Assembly: GCF_009834535.1 (NCBI RefSeq)
Contig: NC_045707.1
Span: 58,778,001-58,842,000 of the forward strand
Reading direction: 5' to 3'
Origin: Camelus ferus
Lineage: Eukaryota
Length of the DNA stretch: 64,000 nucleotides
Shown: piece by piece, positions 50,275 through 63,589 of the stretch
Numbering within the stretch: position 1 is the stretch's first letter
Layout: each line of letters begins with the position of its first letter
Program-made: the position numbers and the translations under genes
The notes under the pieces: generated by a model
The model's input: the letters and a program-made list of their open reading frames with translations, nothing else
Database searches by the model: none
What the model was told of the DNA's origin: nothing

Positions 50275-53200
50275 CTCTTTCAATACAGAGACCCTATGAT
50301 TCCATGATACTAAGATGACTGCCCTATACTGTCTTAGAAATGGCTTTATGATGGTTAGCATTTATCCAATTTTCACAGATAATTTACATATGTCTCCTTA
50401 ATAGAGACTAAGAAAATTGCTTTTAAAAATTTTACAAATAAATAAATTTACATTCTAAATTAAATCACCCTTGCCCAAAGCTAATAATCAGTAAGTGGCA
50501 AAGCCCAGGATTCAAGATAGGTCTTGTAATTCCAAGATCTTTGTGCCATATAAACATAGTTATGCATTCATTATGTATTTGTTGAGTAGACAGTATGTAG
50601 TGGACATGCTGGTACCTACTGGGAAAATAGTGATAAATACGGACAACTGTCTCCTACATTCAGTATAAGGGACAGTGCAGTTCAAGATCTCCAAATTAAT
50701 TACAGAATCTCATGACTGAAAGAACTTTATTTGATTTAGGATTTCAAAGAAAAAAGTCAAGTAATTTTGTACCACTCTGGGTTTGTGTAGCCCTAAGGAA
50801 ACGTTTATAAAGAAATAATTGGATGTAACTTTTTGATACAAGATAAAATATACTGAAATTTCTGTAGTGATGGTCAAAAATGTGTTGTTTTTAGATTGTC
50901 TTTTCCATTTTAACAGCCCCATTTTATGGATTAGATGACTAAAGCCATGGATAATCTGTTATGGTCATAAAATGAGAGAGAAATAATTTAAAATCAGGGA
51001 TGTTTGACCAGAACTCCTACTCTTAATTATCTCTTATGCTGAATCCTATTCTTTATAGAATGTTAGGAAAACATATCTAAGTATCAAAAGGATGAAATTA
51101 GTTACTTATAATCATACTATGTAACAACGCTACTGAACATTTTGGTTTATTTCTTTTTAATCCTATTCATTTTGTGCTCATTAGGGTCTTAAGCATTATG
51201 AAAGTTATATTACTAAGTAAGATGGATGCCTTTCCCTCCAAATATCAACGCTCCAGAGAAGGAAATATATATTCTGTCAATAGTGCAGAGACTGAAAGTA
51301 TGGATTCTAGAATCAGACTGTTCAAAATTGAATCTTAGTACTTTATTTATAAGCAGCACAGTCTTGAACAAATTAGCTCATCTGTTTAAACTTTGAAATC
51401 CTAATCACTAAGTGTTCACCATTATCATCGTCATCCTCACCTTTATATGATGCACACATGAGCGGGATAATAGAGGCAGAAGAAAAGTTCAGGGGAAACA
51501 TGGAGGAGAAGGGAGGGAATGAATTTCAACTGAACAAACCATAGAAGGCTTTGAACTGCCAACTGAGACTTAATTTATACATATAAAATAACAACAATAT
51601 TTAATGGGCTTTTCCCCCTTTTCCTCAGTGAAAAAATATTCTCAATGAGGTTATATGGGCTTTTCAACTAAAAATGCTTATTTAGAGATCTTCTGGTTAC
51701 AAAGCTTACAAAAAAATGCATCTGACTCCACAAAGAAATGAAAAACATGTGAACTGGAAACTGAATTGCTTCTTGAATTTGTATTAGAGTGACCTCGATG
51801 TGTTTATTAAGCCATTCCAACATCCTTTAGCACACATCTATAAATAATATAATCACATGTTTATCTATGATGAGCATTCTGTGGTTTTAATTTCCATTTG
51901 TGGAATGCCACCTATTAGGTCATAAAACAGCTCAGTGGCAGGAACCACATCTATAACTTTCTTTGTGACCTTGTAAACCATCTTATAAAAGTGCACAGAG
52001 CATCTTTATTAAATGTTTTATGAACAAGAAGTTGTCACTACGTTATTAACCTAGTCATGGATTCCCATGACTTTAATTTAGTTGACATTTTTCTTTCAAG
52101 TCTATTAATAAAAAGAAGACAGGCTCCTACAGAGCCCTCAAAAATAAAAATATTTATATGTACTTTAAAATTTGGATTTTGGCAGTTAGTTTAGCAATTC
52201 ATTCTCCCTTAGTATTTCAAAAGGACCAAATGTCATAGCTCTCTTGAGCAAAAAACAACCTGGTGATACTCTACAGGATATTGACACTAATATATGATGT
52301 CTGAGGCTGGCAATGCATCCATAAATTGTTTCATGTATTGGTCTCTAGGGGAAGGAAAGCGTTTCTATTATGTCTGAGCCACATAATACACATTACTTAA
52401 ATATTCCGGAGTCTTAGGAATTGTGTGATACACAATTAGAGTCTCTTGTACAGATAAAAACCTACCTTAAGAATCCTATTTAAGGATTTTAACCATCTCC
52501 AGAGAAGTATTAACACAGTATTTCACTATCCCATTCCAACCCTTGATGCACAGCACACTTGCCACTACTTAGCATCCAACACCCTTTCTACTGGAGGGAG
52601 GCAAAAGAAATCTCAAAATAGGAGGTGCATCTCTGTCTGAAACCAAGGGAAGCAGAGAACAGCTACAGCAGGGCCCTGGAATCTTGGGCATGGACATCTA
52701 CTATGGGTTATGGGCCAACAACATACACCATTCTGACTTGGACTTTGTATATTAACACAGTGAAGCAGAGATGTAAGGGGAGTCAGTGGTTATTCTGGGC
52801 GTGGGAACAGGGGTGTCAGGTGACTGTGGCACAGATCACTGTCCACTGACAAAGGTACCAGTGGAAGAGCTCCAAGCAGACCATTCCCGTGGTCTACCTG
52901 ATCCAGTTCTCTCTTCAGCTGCCCTGCTTCCCTTGACAACTTTCCCGATCTTGGATTCAGCATATACGGCGAGTTCTTTGATAGCCTTCTAACACATCTT
53001 TGTTTTCTTTGTTTCACTTTTTTTTTTTTTGGCTCGAGTTCCCTAGAGCTGGTTTCTCTTGTTTGTAACCTAACACTACTTTTATGCCTGTTGCAATTGT
53101 TTTAGAATGTTTGAATTATACATGCTTTTATTACAAAAGCAGTTAACTTTGTCATCTAGGTGTTTGTGTAGTACACACAAGCACGAATACAGATATTAAA

Positions 53201-53389
53201 ATAATTGATGCCATTAATGACTCTACCATCTAGCAGTATTTTAAAATTCTGTTTCATAATCTTTCATATCTCCCTTTGTCTCCAAATCTCAGTCTCAGTT
53301 TCTCTCTCTCTCTTTCTAAATACATCACTTATGTATTTTAAGATAGCACCATAATACTACCTTGAAATTTGAATTTTGGTTTAGAATCT

Positions 53390-53570
53390 CATCAACATTT
53401 GATAGAAATCGAAGGTTTTTCCTGAGCATCACCATACAGGATGCATAGTATTTCCTTGTATGGATACCCTATAATTAATACTATAATTGTTGGCCATTTA
53501 GACTGCAGCCTTTTTCCTTCCCATTACAAATACTTCCATAAGGAACATCCTTTATATAAAATTTGGCCCC
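53390..53570 (-). mobile_element. Old L1M antisense fragment
   Basis: 'tgcatagtatttccttgtatggatacc...ttgttggccatttagactg...ataaggaacatccttt'. Confidence 0.6.
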
Positions 53571-54429
53571 GACCAGTTTCTCTCTCTAGTTTTGTTTGTT
53601 CATTTTTGTCTAAGTGGTGCTCTCATGAATAATGCCACATGAATAACACACCTGTGATGAGGGTCACTTGCGCTGTTCAGGAGAGCACTGTTGGTTTAGC
53701 CAGTACAGTCTTTTCTACGTTACCTAGAGTTTTACCGCCCAAGCTTGGAAAAGAACCAAAATGTAACCAGCTCATAAGCCTACAGGACAGCGCTCTTCTC
53801 TCAGAGCCTGCACCTGTCAATTCTCTCAGTCAACCCAGCCCTGATGTAGCTCCACAGAAAAGCAAATTACACATGCATGCTGCATGGACGGATGCTGGCA
53901 GTATTACAGGGAGGGATGAAGCTTTGGCAGGCAATCTGCCCAGAATGGAGAGAAGGGCTAGGGAAAGGCTCCTCTCACATCAGTGCTTTCCCAGTCCCCT
54001 CCCTGGAGGAATCAAACCCACACAGAGCATGTACGGTGCACTGTTTTATTTAAGGAAAAAAAAAAAGTCCAGGTTGCTACTGTACATTTCTGAGCTAAAT
54101 TATTTTTATAGGATTCGCTATGGGAGTACTTAAAAACCTTACAAAGGACTTAAAATTCTCTTAACAACGTTTGGCTTTTAAAATTCCTAAAAGATTTGTT
54201 CAATATAAACATGAGTTCAATATAAACAACATGAAAATAGTTTAACTTAAGATTTAACTATTTTTTAATCTATCCAACAACTGATGCTTGACTTCTATCT
54301 TAGACCCCAATTCTAGTTGGCTTTAAATTAACTATGAGCCAACATTATGAAACGATCATTTTAGAACCTAATCTGATCAAGCGAGTGTGTTTATGTGCGT
54401 CTGCATAGCTGGGGGTGTTAATGTAAATA

Positions 54430-54755
54430 TGGTCTCAAGAACAAGGTTAGTGTAGGTCCTACTTTATTCTGGGATGTTCAGACTAATGCCAGGGTCCTGC
54501 AGTCAACAGCGGAGCATGAAGACTAATTGGGCTTATATTCAGAAGACAAGATGGTAAAGAAATCAAAGCCATGACTCATAAAAAGCTGCCTAGGGCAGAG
54601 ATGATGTAGGAATATGAATATAACTATCTTCAAATACTTGAAAGGCTGTTGTGTGGTATATGATTTGTTCTGTATAGCCACAAGGGGTTGAGCTATAGGT
54701 GGAAATATAAGAAAACATTTCAACTCAATATAGGAAACAAGTTTCTAATAAAACA
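54430..54755 (+). mobile_element. L3/CR1 LINE, ORF2 C-terminal fossil
   Basis: Translates '...ITIFKYLKGCCVVYDLFCIATRG*', matching the CR1/L3 motif 'FKYLKGC...DLFC', followed by 'tcaactcaatataggaaacaagtttctaa'. Confidence 0.8.
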
Positions 54756-56014
54756 CAGGGTCAGCTATAACTGCTTTGAGAATTTATACTGAGACTGTGA
54801 AAAGAAAGGTTTTCAAGTTTATATTACTAGGACAGAAATGAGGCAGCAAAACAGTTATTAAACACTATGGCTTCATAAATAGTAAGCCCAGAGACCTGGA
54901 CAGAGAATAGAGCTCTAGGTGTAATTAAAAGGGGTTTTTCATAGTGTCAATGATGCAACTAACTGAGGTACTTACAGATAAAGTACCTTCTCTATGTGCA
55001 TCAATAGTAAAAGAAAACTGTAGAGTTCAAGGGAACAGATCAATAGTAAGCAATTAACCAACTATATCTGGTGGCGCATACACAAAAAAGGAATGTAGAA
55101 GGGAAATAAATGGAATTAGCTAGACTGAACTTCAGGATAAAAAAAGAAGAAATGTCATCAAAGGAATGTTGGTTTCAATAACCAAATCTGAGCCCTCCTC
55201 GAGTATTCTTTATTTAAAAAAAGAAGTCTTGAACGCCCTTATTTGCAACTACCTTTATCATCACTTACTTCCTATAAGACTTTTGGTTTCACCATGATTC
55301 TGATATTATGTAGTGGAAAACCTATGCATTGGGCCTAAGTAAGTTATTCAGACTTTTCAATGAAATTAAGAGAAGATCCTGGCTCAACCAATGGGTCCTA
55401 TACATGATTTCAAATCCTGTCTGGCTGGTTCAGCTACAGAGCTGAGATACTTGATGTTAAAAATAAATAAATAAAAATAAAAATCAACCACTGAAACCTG
55501 AGTCTTCCACTGGGGTTCTTTGTCTTTTAGCTTTTCCTATCAGTTTTTTAGTACAGTCTACCATTTAATTAAAATAAGATTGGATTTCATTTAGGCCCAG
55601 AAACATCTTATTAAACTCTACAGCAAAACATCCCAATAAACATGACATAATGAAATACCAATATGTTAAATATAAATTTAAAAATAAACCAATTTCTATC
55701 TTCATGTATTTGGGAATCTTAATAAAAATATAGAGAATCTGGGATGGAAAGTGGCTAACAAAGCCCAGAAGACTGTTTCAAACATAATGGTTTTCTCTCT
55801 TAATCAGTTCATATTATTCTTCCTAGAAGTATCTCTGGTAGCAATTTTTAATATTCAGTGCAATTGTAAAAGGACTTAAAATCTTACAATAACTTCAGAA
55901 TTATACTCAGCACAAGTAGAAAGAAGAAACACTTTTCGAAACTTATTTTGACAAGATTTGTTGTGATGTCAAATGAGAAAAAATGGCAGGAAAACAGATA
56001 TTAAATGCACTATA

Positions 56015-56300
56015 AATACAGACTCACAAAGAAAACAAACGTATGGTTACTGGGGGACAAGAGGGTGGGAAGGAATAAATTGGGAGTTCAAGATTTGCAG
56101 ATACTAATATATATATATAAAATAGATAAACAACAAGTTCATACTGTATAGCACAGGGAACTACATTCAATATCCTGTAGTAACTTATGGTGAAAAAGAA
56201 TACGAAAACAAATATACGTATGTTCATGCATGACTGAAGCATTATGCTGTACACCAGAAACTGATAACATTGCAAACTGACTATACTTCAGTAAAAAAAA
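56015..56300 (+). mobile_element. Young camelid-type L1 3'UTR, 5'-truncated
   Basis: 'cagactcacaaagaaaacaaacgtatggttac...ttgggagttcaagatttgcagatac...ctgtacaccagaaactga...ctgactatacttcagtaaaaaaaa', near-identical to 15331-15590. Confidence 0.92.
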
Positions 56301-56511
56301 TATATATACATAGTAACAAATAGAGACAGAAAACTTTCCACAAGTGCATTTGACAAACTTGAAATGGTAAAAGTTGTCATTTTGAATACTGGGCAATTAA
56401 TAACAGCTAAAATCCCTTCTATGTATTCCTACTTTTATTTCCCTTTTGCCTCCATTATCTTATCCTAATTCTAGTTTCTACTTCCAAGGCCAGAAGTTTT
56501 ATCATTGCAAC

Positions 56512-56682
56512 CTGTGGTTCTTAAGCTTGGCTATGCATCAAAATCACCTGGTGGATTTTCAATATTGTTTCTGGGGTCCTACCTAAGACCAACCGAATCA
56601 GTCTCAGGAGGGACTTTGAAACTTGCTGTTTAAAAAAAATCTCTGCAGATGCTTCTGTAACAGGGGTACTTGGGAACCAGCG
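56512..56682. mobile_element. MER5A-like hAT-Charlie MITE
   Basis: TIR-like ends 'ctgtggttctta'/'tgggaaccagcg', with internal 'gcatcaaaatcacctgg' and 'ccaaccgaatcagtctc'. Confidence 0.75.
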
Positions 56683-56729
56683 CTTGGCATCCACGGACCT
56701 ATTATTAAAATAGTCCCCTAACTGTAATT

Positions 56730-57140
56730 TTACCTGCACAATCACCCCCTGGGTTCTAACCACTTCTTCACTCTCCCTAAAGCATCTCTTTAATGATAGT
56801 ACCTCTCGATTCTAAAACTTTTAACAGCTCATAGTAAATGTCCAGACTAAATTTTTCAGGAGATTACCAGTCATCTTTCAAGGTACAGCTCAAAAGGCAC
56901 TTCCTCTAAGATGCTACTTTCACGACTTGGGGTACGTCCTCATTTCCTATTTGGAACCCCCATTCAATCTGCATCACGCATGTGATACAGACAACCTTCA
57001 CTTTTGTATTATAAATGCCTGTACATGTTTTATTTCTGCATTAGACTGCATGTAAATTGAGGACAGGTGCAATGGATTATCACGCTCTGTTTACTGCACA
57101 CGTCTCACAAAAGTAGATATTCATTTCTATGAATTAATGT
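56730..57140 (+). mobile_element. L2 3' fragment
   Basis: 'tcatctttcaaggtacagctcaaaaggcacttcctct...ttagactg...tgaggacagg'. Confidence 0.6.
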
Positions 57141-58255
57141 ATAAAAAGGCATAGAAAACAAAATAGCATCCTTGACTGAGAGTTAAATTCAGAAGCTTTA
57201 TAAGGAAAATAATAAGAAATGTTTCTGATACAGCATTTGAGCTATTTCTTTAAGCAGACTTCACAAGGTGTAGGGACCCGTATACTAATGCACACCAGAC
57301 TCGGAGCTGTAATTCATATGCCTATTTAAACTTATGCAAATGAGGACATTAAAGTGGAAACGTATATATAACATATGCATCAATAAAAGAAAACAAATTA
57401 CTCTATAATTTGTTGCTGTTAAAGTAGGCTTAACTCATTAAACTGCTTGGTGGCTAAGACACATGAAAACATCCCCTGCAGAAGGTCACAGGCTAATATA
57501 ATAGATTCCAGGGACAGAGGCAGGAAGCAGAAGTTCCTTTTCATTGTGCTTCTAGTCTCCAGTTATGCACCTCACTCTTCAATATTAGCACAACTTCTCT
57601 CTTCCCATCGACAGAAATACTTTACAGGGTATTTTTTACTAAAGACCTCATTGCTCCAACGTCTAAAGTCCCACAGTCATTCTCCCAAAACCTCATTGAA
57701 AACTTATTCGTGTCTATTTCCTCAGAACTATATTAAGGGGTGAATATGATAGGGGATCGAAAGAATAATTAATTGAGGATTAATGTTCTCTTTCTATGTT
57801 GAAAACGTCACATATGTTATCTGAAGAGTCAGAACAATCTGTGCGGTAAGTAAAAATTAGTATCTGTGTTTTGCAAATGAAAAAACTAAAACTAACTAAG
57901 ATGAACTGATTTTCTCAAGGTAAGTCCAATTCAGTGCCCTTTCCAAAATATCTTCATTTTTAGGGGACTTCTAGAGAAGACACAATCAGTATTTTGGACA
58001 GGAAGATACTTCACCCTTTCAGCATCCGCACTTACGTGACTTGACAACGCATAGGCTAATCTGGTCATCGTCTAGATCTCTGGTTAATAATTAAATTTCA
58101 ATTAAAGTGAGCTTAATCCTTTCTTATATCCAGCACTGTGAGTCACATAAATCATATTTTACTGGATCACGTAAATATTGCAAAAGATTTGACTATTATT
58201 CAATCAAAGCAAAAAACCAAAGTAACAACAACAAAAAAACCCCCTAATTACTCAC

Positions 58256-58361
58256 ATATTGGTAAAATTTACTGAAAGATTTGTTTGGAGTAAGGAATGA
58301 AGGAAGAATTCTACATTTATAAAAATCATAACTACCATCATCTGAGGAAACTTCAAAAGAT
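58256..58361 (-). other. Candidate 106-nt exon
   Basis: Minus strand: ttattatgcttattttccAG|ATCTTTTGAAG...TACCAATAT|GTGAGT. Two frames are open, and I recognise neither product. Confidence 0.25.
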
Positions 58362-60159
58362 CTGGAAAATAAGCATAATAAAGCATTCCGCAAACAGGTA
58401 CAAATTTTAAATCTAGTGAGAAAATACATAACTTTTCTCAAATATCAGTAAGGTATCTAATGTTATATTAAATAGAAATTTGATACTTTTTTGAAGAAAT
58501 ATTATTCTTCAAACTTTAAGGTTCTACTCATGTTTACTCAAGCATTTACTCAACTAATACAGGGAAAAAAAGAGTGTGTTTGTCTTAGTTTAAAATTCTC
58601 TAACAATTCTTGGACACTGCTAGATCTTACAGTAAGAATAAACTAATCCAAAGTAAATACGACTTAAAATTATATTAGAAAAAAGGAAATACAAGAAATA
58701 AATAAAATATATCTTTAAAGATAAAGAAAATCTTAAATTTTGTTCCTTAAAAATAAGTCATCTCTAAGATACGGAATATCAAAAGTACTGTGTACATTTT
58801 CTTATGACATAGTTGAGATATTATACTTATGCCATCTGAGAACTGAGTCAGCAACATATACTAGACATGAATAAGCTTGAAAGGATTTTACTTACAATTA
58901 AAAGCAAACTTTAACTTTCCATTCTGAAAGTAGATATAACTAAGTAGATTTGTAACACATCAGCCAATGGACTTTTTCACTTAACTTTATCAATCTAGGG
59001 CATACGTTAGAAAATGCTGGTTAGTGAGTGGGTCTTCTCATCGAGTATTTGAGGAAATGTGTACACAGCTGCACGGTAACTCTAAGCGTGCTGTATTTTC
59101 TTCTTCCTTAGTATATGTGCGCTTGAGTGTCTAATCAACACATCATGCCTAATAACCCTAAAATTATATTTTTACTTATTAAAAAGTAGTATCTCCCTAA
59201 GTATCTTGCATGTAAAGCTCATTCTGACTCCAAATTGACTGCCTTTCCTTTTGACGTGTTCCCAGTGATTACTGAGGCTTGAGAATACTTCCACTGCAGA
59301 ACACATCTCGCTTAAATTCATTCCCCAAAATTGATGTCCAGGTAATTACACTAATCAATGTCTCTTTACTTTTAGACCTGTGCAAAGCTTCTGCGATAAT
59401 CTCTGTTGAGTTTTATTTTATTAATAGTTCTCTATTCATCACTATATCACACATCTTGCATTTGAAAGTATCTATCAGTCCCATTCTCTTCAATCTTGGT
59501 TTATTCTGACATAGCCTTTTTGTTTTAGCAATTTTGGTGCATTTATCATCTTTTCATTTACCTTTACTGTTTATCAGCTAGTGCCTTGTCTTATACAGAA
59601 CAATCATTAGGTGCTCATTTCTTATAGGGGAGGGAGGGAGGGAGGAAATGGAGTGAAGGTGTAATAAATCTGTTCCCATTTTCTGATATATCATCTGAGA
59701 TATCACAGTTGACCCATCCTAATATTCCATCCCTGATCCTACTTTTCTTATGGGTCCCAATTCTAAATTTCATTTCATACATTCTACAGAGGAAACATTA
59801 TAGAAGTATCATAGAAACTCACTCAGGGTGTCATGGAAATAAGTCAGACATAGATGTCATCAATGATGTATTCTGAGCCTTGGAGAAGACTTGGGGATTC
59901 TATTTATACAGTTGGTATACTGAGCAAATAGTCATCATGTTCGGTACTTTAACAAAGTAACCAGTCCCAGTGGGGAGACACCCTAGGACGCCCTCACTAG
60001 CTGGTTCAGAATAAAGAGAGAACAAGAAATAAGGCAATGACAAAAGGGTTTCTTGGGAATTAAGTCACCTCACTTCCCCAGGGAGTCACCAACATCATAA
60101 TCACAAAACCTCAGAGAGCCCGAAGCTGTCTGTACTTATGTACATTTTAACTTCCACTT

Positions 60160-61340
60160 ACTCCTCACCCATCGTTCTGGCTTCTGGTCTCATGAGTTCA
60201 TTGGAACAGCTCTTCCTGAGATTTCCAATGATTTCCATTGTCACCAAATCTAGTAAAACAGTTTCAGATTTAGGTGACAACACAGTAGTTTTTGACACAG
60301 ACATTGTCTTCCCTCCCTCTCAAAACATATTCTTCCCTGATCATCTGCCACATTTGTCGCATCATACTCCTCCCTCTGTGCCAGCTCGTTGTCGCTTGCA
60401 GGCTCATTCTTGTGTACATAGACATTAAACGGTGAAGTACCTCCAAGTTCAGACTAAGCCTTTCCCTCTTTTTATTCTATACTGTCTTCCACACCCACAG
60501 TTTGAAATATGACCTAAACACAAATGATTTCTTCTGAGCTCTAAGCCAATATATCCAATTTCCTATAAGACAGCTCTTCTAGGATTTATTTCCAAGCACA
60601 CATTCATGTCCAAAATAAAATTCACAATCTTCCCACCCACTCGGTGCATTTTCTATCTCGATGAATAACACCCACATCCATCTAGTCATCCAAGCCAGAA
60701 AACTCATCTTGACAACAAACTAATCTAATCCACATTCACCTTAGTGCCCCTTCCGCTGACTCACAACACTGAAGCTTGGCTGATCACTTACAAATGAAAA
60801 TCTGACCACTTCCCTCCCTTGTTCCATACCTTTCGGTGGCCTCCCATCACTCGGATGAATCTTGACATAACCTAAAAGCCCTGCACGATCTATCTCTACT
60901 TCTTTAATCTTTTTGTAGGGCATACTCCTCCATGTTCTCTGCATTTTAGCATAGTGGCCTTCAGTCCCTTGTCTGCCCTCTCTCAAGAGCTTGCCTGGAT
61001 TCTTTCCCCCATACGCATCACTAAATCAGTTTCCAGTTTGTCATTTAGATATCAGCTGATATATACCTTACGCAGGAAAGCCTGGTTTACCCAGGAAGGC
61101 AAAATGTCCTTACTATAAGCTCTCAGAACACCATACATCATACATCTTACTTTCTGGAGTAGTATTTTTCAGAGTTGTAACTTTATATTTTCTATGATCA
61201 TAATGTAATTACTCTTTCTCCTTTTCTAATCTGCGGTTTTCATGAAGGCAAAGGCTGTGCCTGTTTTTGCTCTTTGTATCCAAAATGCCCAGCACATAGC
61301 AAGAAATTGATAGATGCCAATTAAATAAACAATGAATATT
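60160..61340 (+). mobile_element. L2 LINE, about 1.2 kb of the 3' portion
   Basis: 'ttgtcaccaaatctag...tttgacacag', 'atatccaatt...catgtccaaaataaaattca', 'tctgaccact', 'catgaaggcaaaggctgtgcctgtttttgctctttgtatcc...cccagcacatag'. Confidence 0.85.
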
Positions 61341-61589
61341 TGTAGTCTGAACTGGACAGGTGTAAATATCCAGGGATTTAAGCTGGGATGAGGAATAAAT
61401 ATGAGGGGAAGAAAAAAAAAAAAACCCAAATTTTCACTATTTTGCATCTAGAGCCTAAAAAATTTTTCCAGGTTTAATGTAAGGCTTTAGGCAGAGACTC
61501 AACGTCTGGGATTTGAGTCCTTGAATATGTGGTAAAAGAATTACCAAGCACTAGGGAGAGAAGTCAGGAGACTTAGTGTTCATCCTTTG

Positions 61590-61720
61590 TTTGTTCAATT
61601 AGTTATTCATCCATTTACTTAAAAAATATTTATTAAAACCTATCATGTACTGTGGACTATGCTAAGCATTATGACCACAAAAGTAAGAGAATGCTTGCCC
61701 TTTCCATCTTGTAGACAAAT
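61590..61720 (-). mobile_element. L2 3' end fragment
   Basis: 'attcatccattt...aaatatttattaaaacctatcatgtactgtggactatgctaagca'. Confidence 0.65.
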
Positions 61721-62648
61721 GGCTCTAAGGCCCATCCAATGGTGAGGAAGGAGCTTCTAACCTATTTCTAGGTCTGAACTGCAATAATTCTGGGATGCAC
61801 ATGACAAAAATCAGAAAATGACAGAGCTGAAGGCTGATAATCCTTAGCAAGATGTACATAAACAGAAGAGGAAGGAGGTGTTCAATCAAACAACATTGGA
61901 GATGGTCCCAGGCTATCAGGAGTACTAAATAACTTTATGAATGACTACTCTTTGAAAAGAGAAGATATTTATGGAAAATTAAGACAACAACCCAATGTGT
62001 GTGGTACTTGAGAGTTTGAAGACTAAGGTGGAATGACATACTATTAGATTGCAGAAGAATCAAAAAAAAATGGACTATATTGAAGTGTTAGTTATTGAAG
62101 TGCCAGTTTGGTGATGACAATATTCAAGTAAACAAACAGATATTATATTGATTATGGTTTTGTCTGTATATTTCATTCAAGGAGGACAATGAAGACCAAA
62201 TCTGTATCTATCTATATTTATACCTATATTTAATTGGCTTAAATTACAAAAGGACCAAGATTTAACTATAAGGAACACATGGCAGCAAATAAATTTGGTT
62301 AGAATGTTTTTCTGCAACAATTCTCTGGGGATGCAAGGATGAAGTATATACGTCCTTGGATTTTTCTTTTCCCATACATAAAGACTAAGCTTATATTTGT
62401 GATTTCTGTTGCAGTCAGATTTTAATCGGATTCTTAACAGTAGAAGGAAATTCTATATCCTGAAAAAATTTGAAGACAAGATCAGCAAAAATCATCTTCC
62501 ACTTGAAAAATAAGATGAAGAAAGAACAATTTAGAAGTAACTCACTGAGAGATCTTTTATAAACAAGTGGCTGATAAGAAATAAAAGCATACTCTGAAGC
62601 CAGAAAGTCACTAAACCAAGCATACATTTATATAAAATAAACACTCAC

Positions 62649-62710
62649 TTTGGAAATATTTATACTCAGTCAATGAAAATGTCAATGGGAGCACGGAATC
62701 TACACGGAGG
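62649..62710 (-). other. Candidate 62-nt exon
   Basis: Minus strand: ctttgtatttcttttttttAG|CCTCCGTGTAGATTCC...TATTTCCAAA|GTGAGT. One open frame (LRVDSVLPLTFSLTEYKYFQ). Confidence 0.25.
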
Positions 62711-63589
62711 CTAAAAAAAAGAAATACAAAGTGTATATTGAATGCTATACCAGTAAGGTAAACATTTCTCTACAGAAACAATCATTCCATTATCTGCACT
62801 GAGGAGAAATAAGGTACATGCTGTAAAATGCAGTTTTCAAGTTCCCTTTGTCCTGCAGAGATTATGAATATTCTGGTTGATTGAAATGGCCTTAATTATA
62901 CAATAAATCGTGTTCTGATTTCAATTCAGTTCTCTGTGAAAATGTTTAATATTCATCAGTGTTCCGGAAATTGATCAATCCTAAGTGAAATATTGAAACT
63001 GATTTCCTGGTAATGCCAGGTAAGACTCAACCTGGACATGGAAAGATTCTTCTAAGGGCCAAAATAGTGGACTCTGCCCTCAGCCTATCCGTGAACCCTC
63101 CTTTATCCATTAGAGCTCCGACATTTTCTTAAGCCTATTTTATTTACAGAAATGAGGACTGTTAAAACACAGGGTAAACTGAAAACATGAAACCATGACT
63201 GGAACACTGGCACAGTGCTGTTTTAGTGACTGGGGAGGAAATCAGGGCTTTAAATTCTGATCAATAGACCAAAATGACTGACACAAATTCTGGTCTAAGA
63301 GTGAACTGCTGAGTTCTGCTCAATTTTATATTGTTAAGATATGTAGTCATCAAAATTGGCAGAGAGGGTGGTCTGAGCTTCTGACAGCTCTGAAGTTGCA
63401 CCAGGTGCCCATAAGGAAACATATTTAGAAATAATATAATCAGTACTCAAAAAACCCCTCATCAGTATTCAAATTATACAAGTTTAAATATATATTTCAA
63501 TGAGAATGATGGAATAAAAAAGATCTCATGGGCCTGGAAATGATAAATTCCATGAATATTAGTTGAATGAGTAAATAGAATTTTTACAG

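Noticed and set aside
52630..53080. Possible ERVL/MaLR LTR remnant
   Set aside because: Only the 3' end ('ggtttctcttgtttgtaacctaa') resembles an LTR terminus, too degraded to call
58896..58923. 28-nt minus-strand AG/GTAAGT-flanked segment
   Set aside because: Short pyrimidine tract and a weak exonic donor context (ATT|GT), indistinguishable from chance
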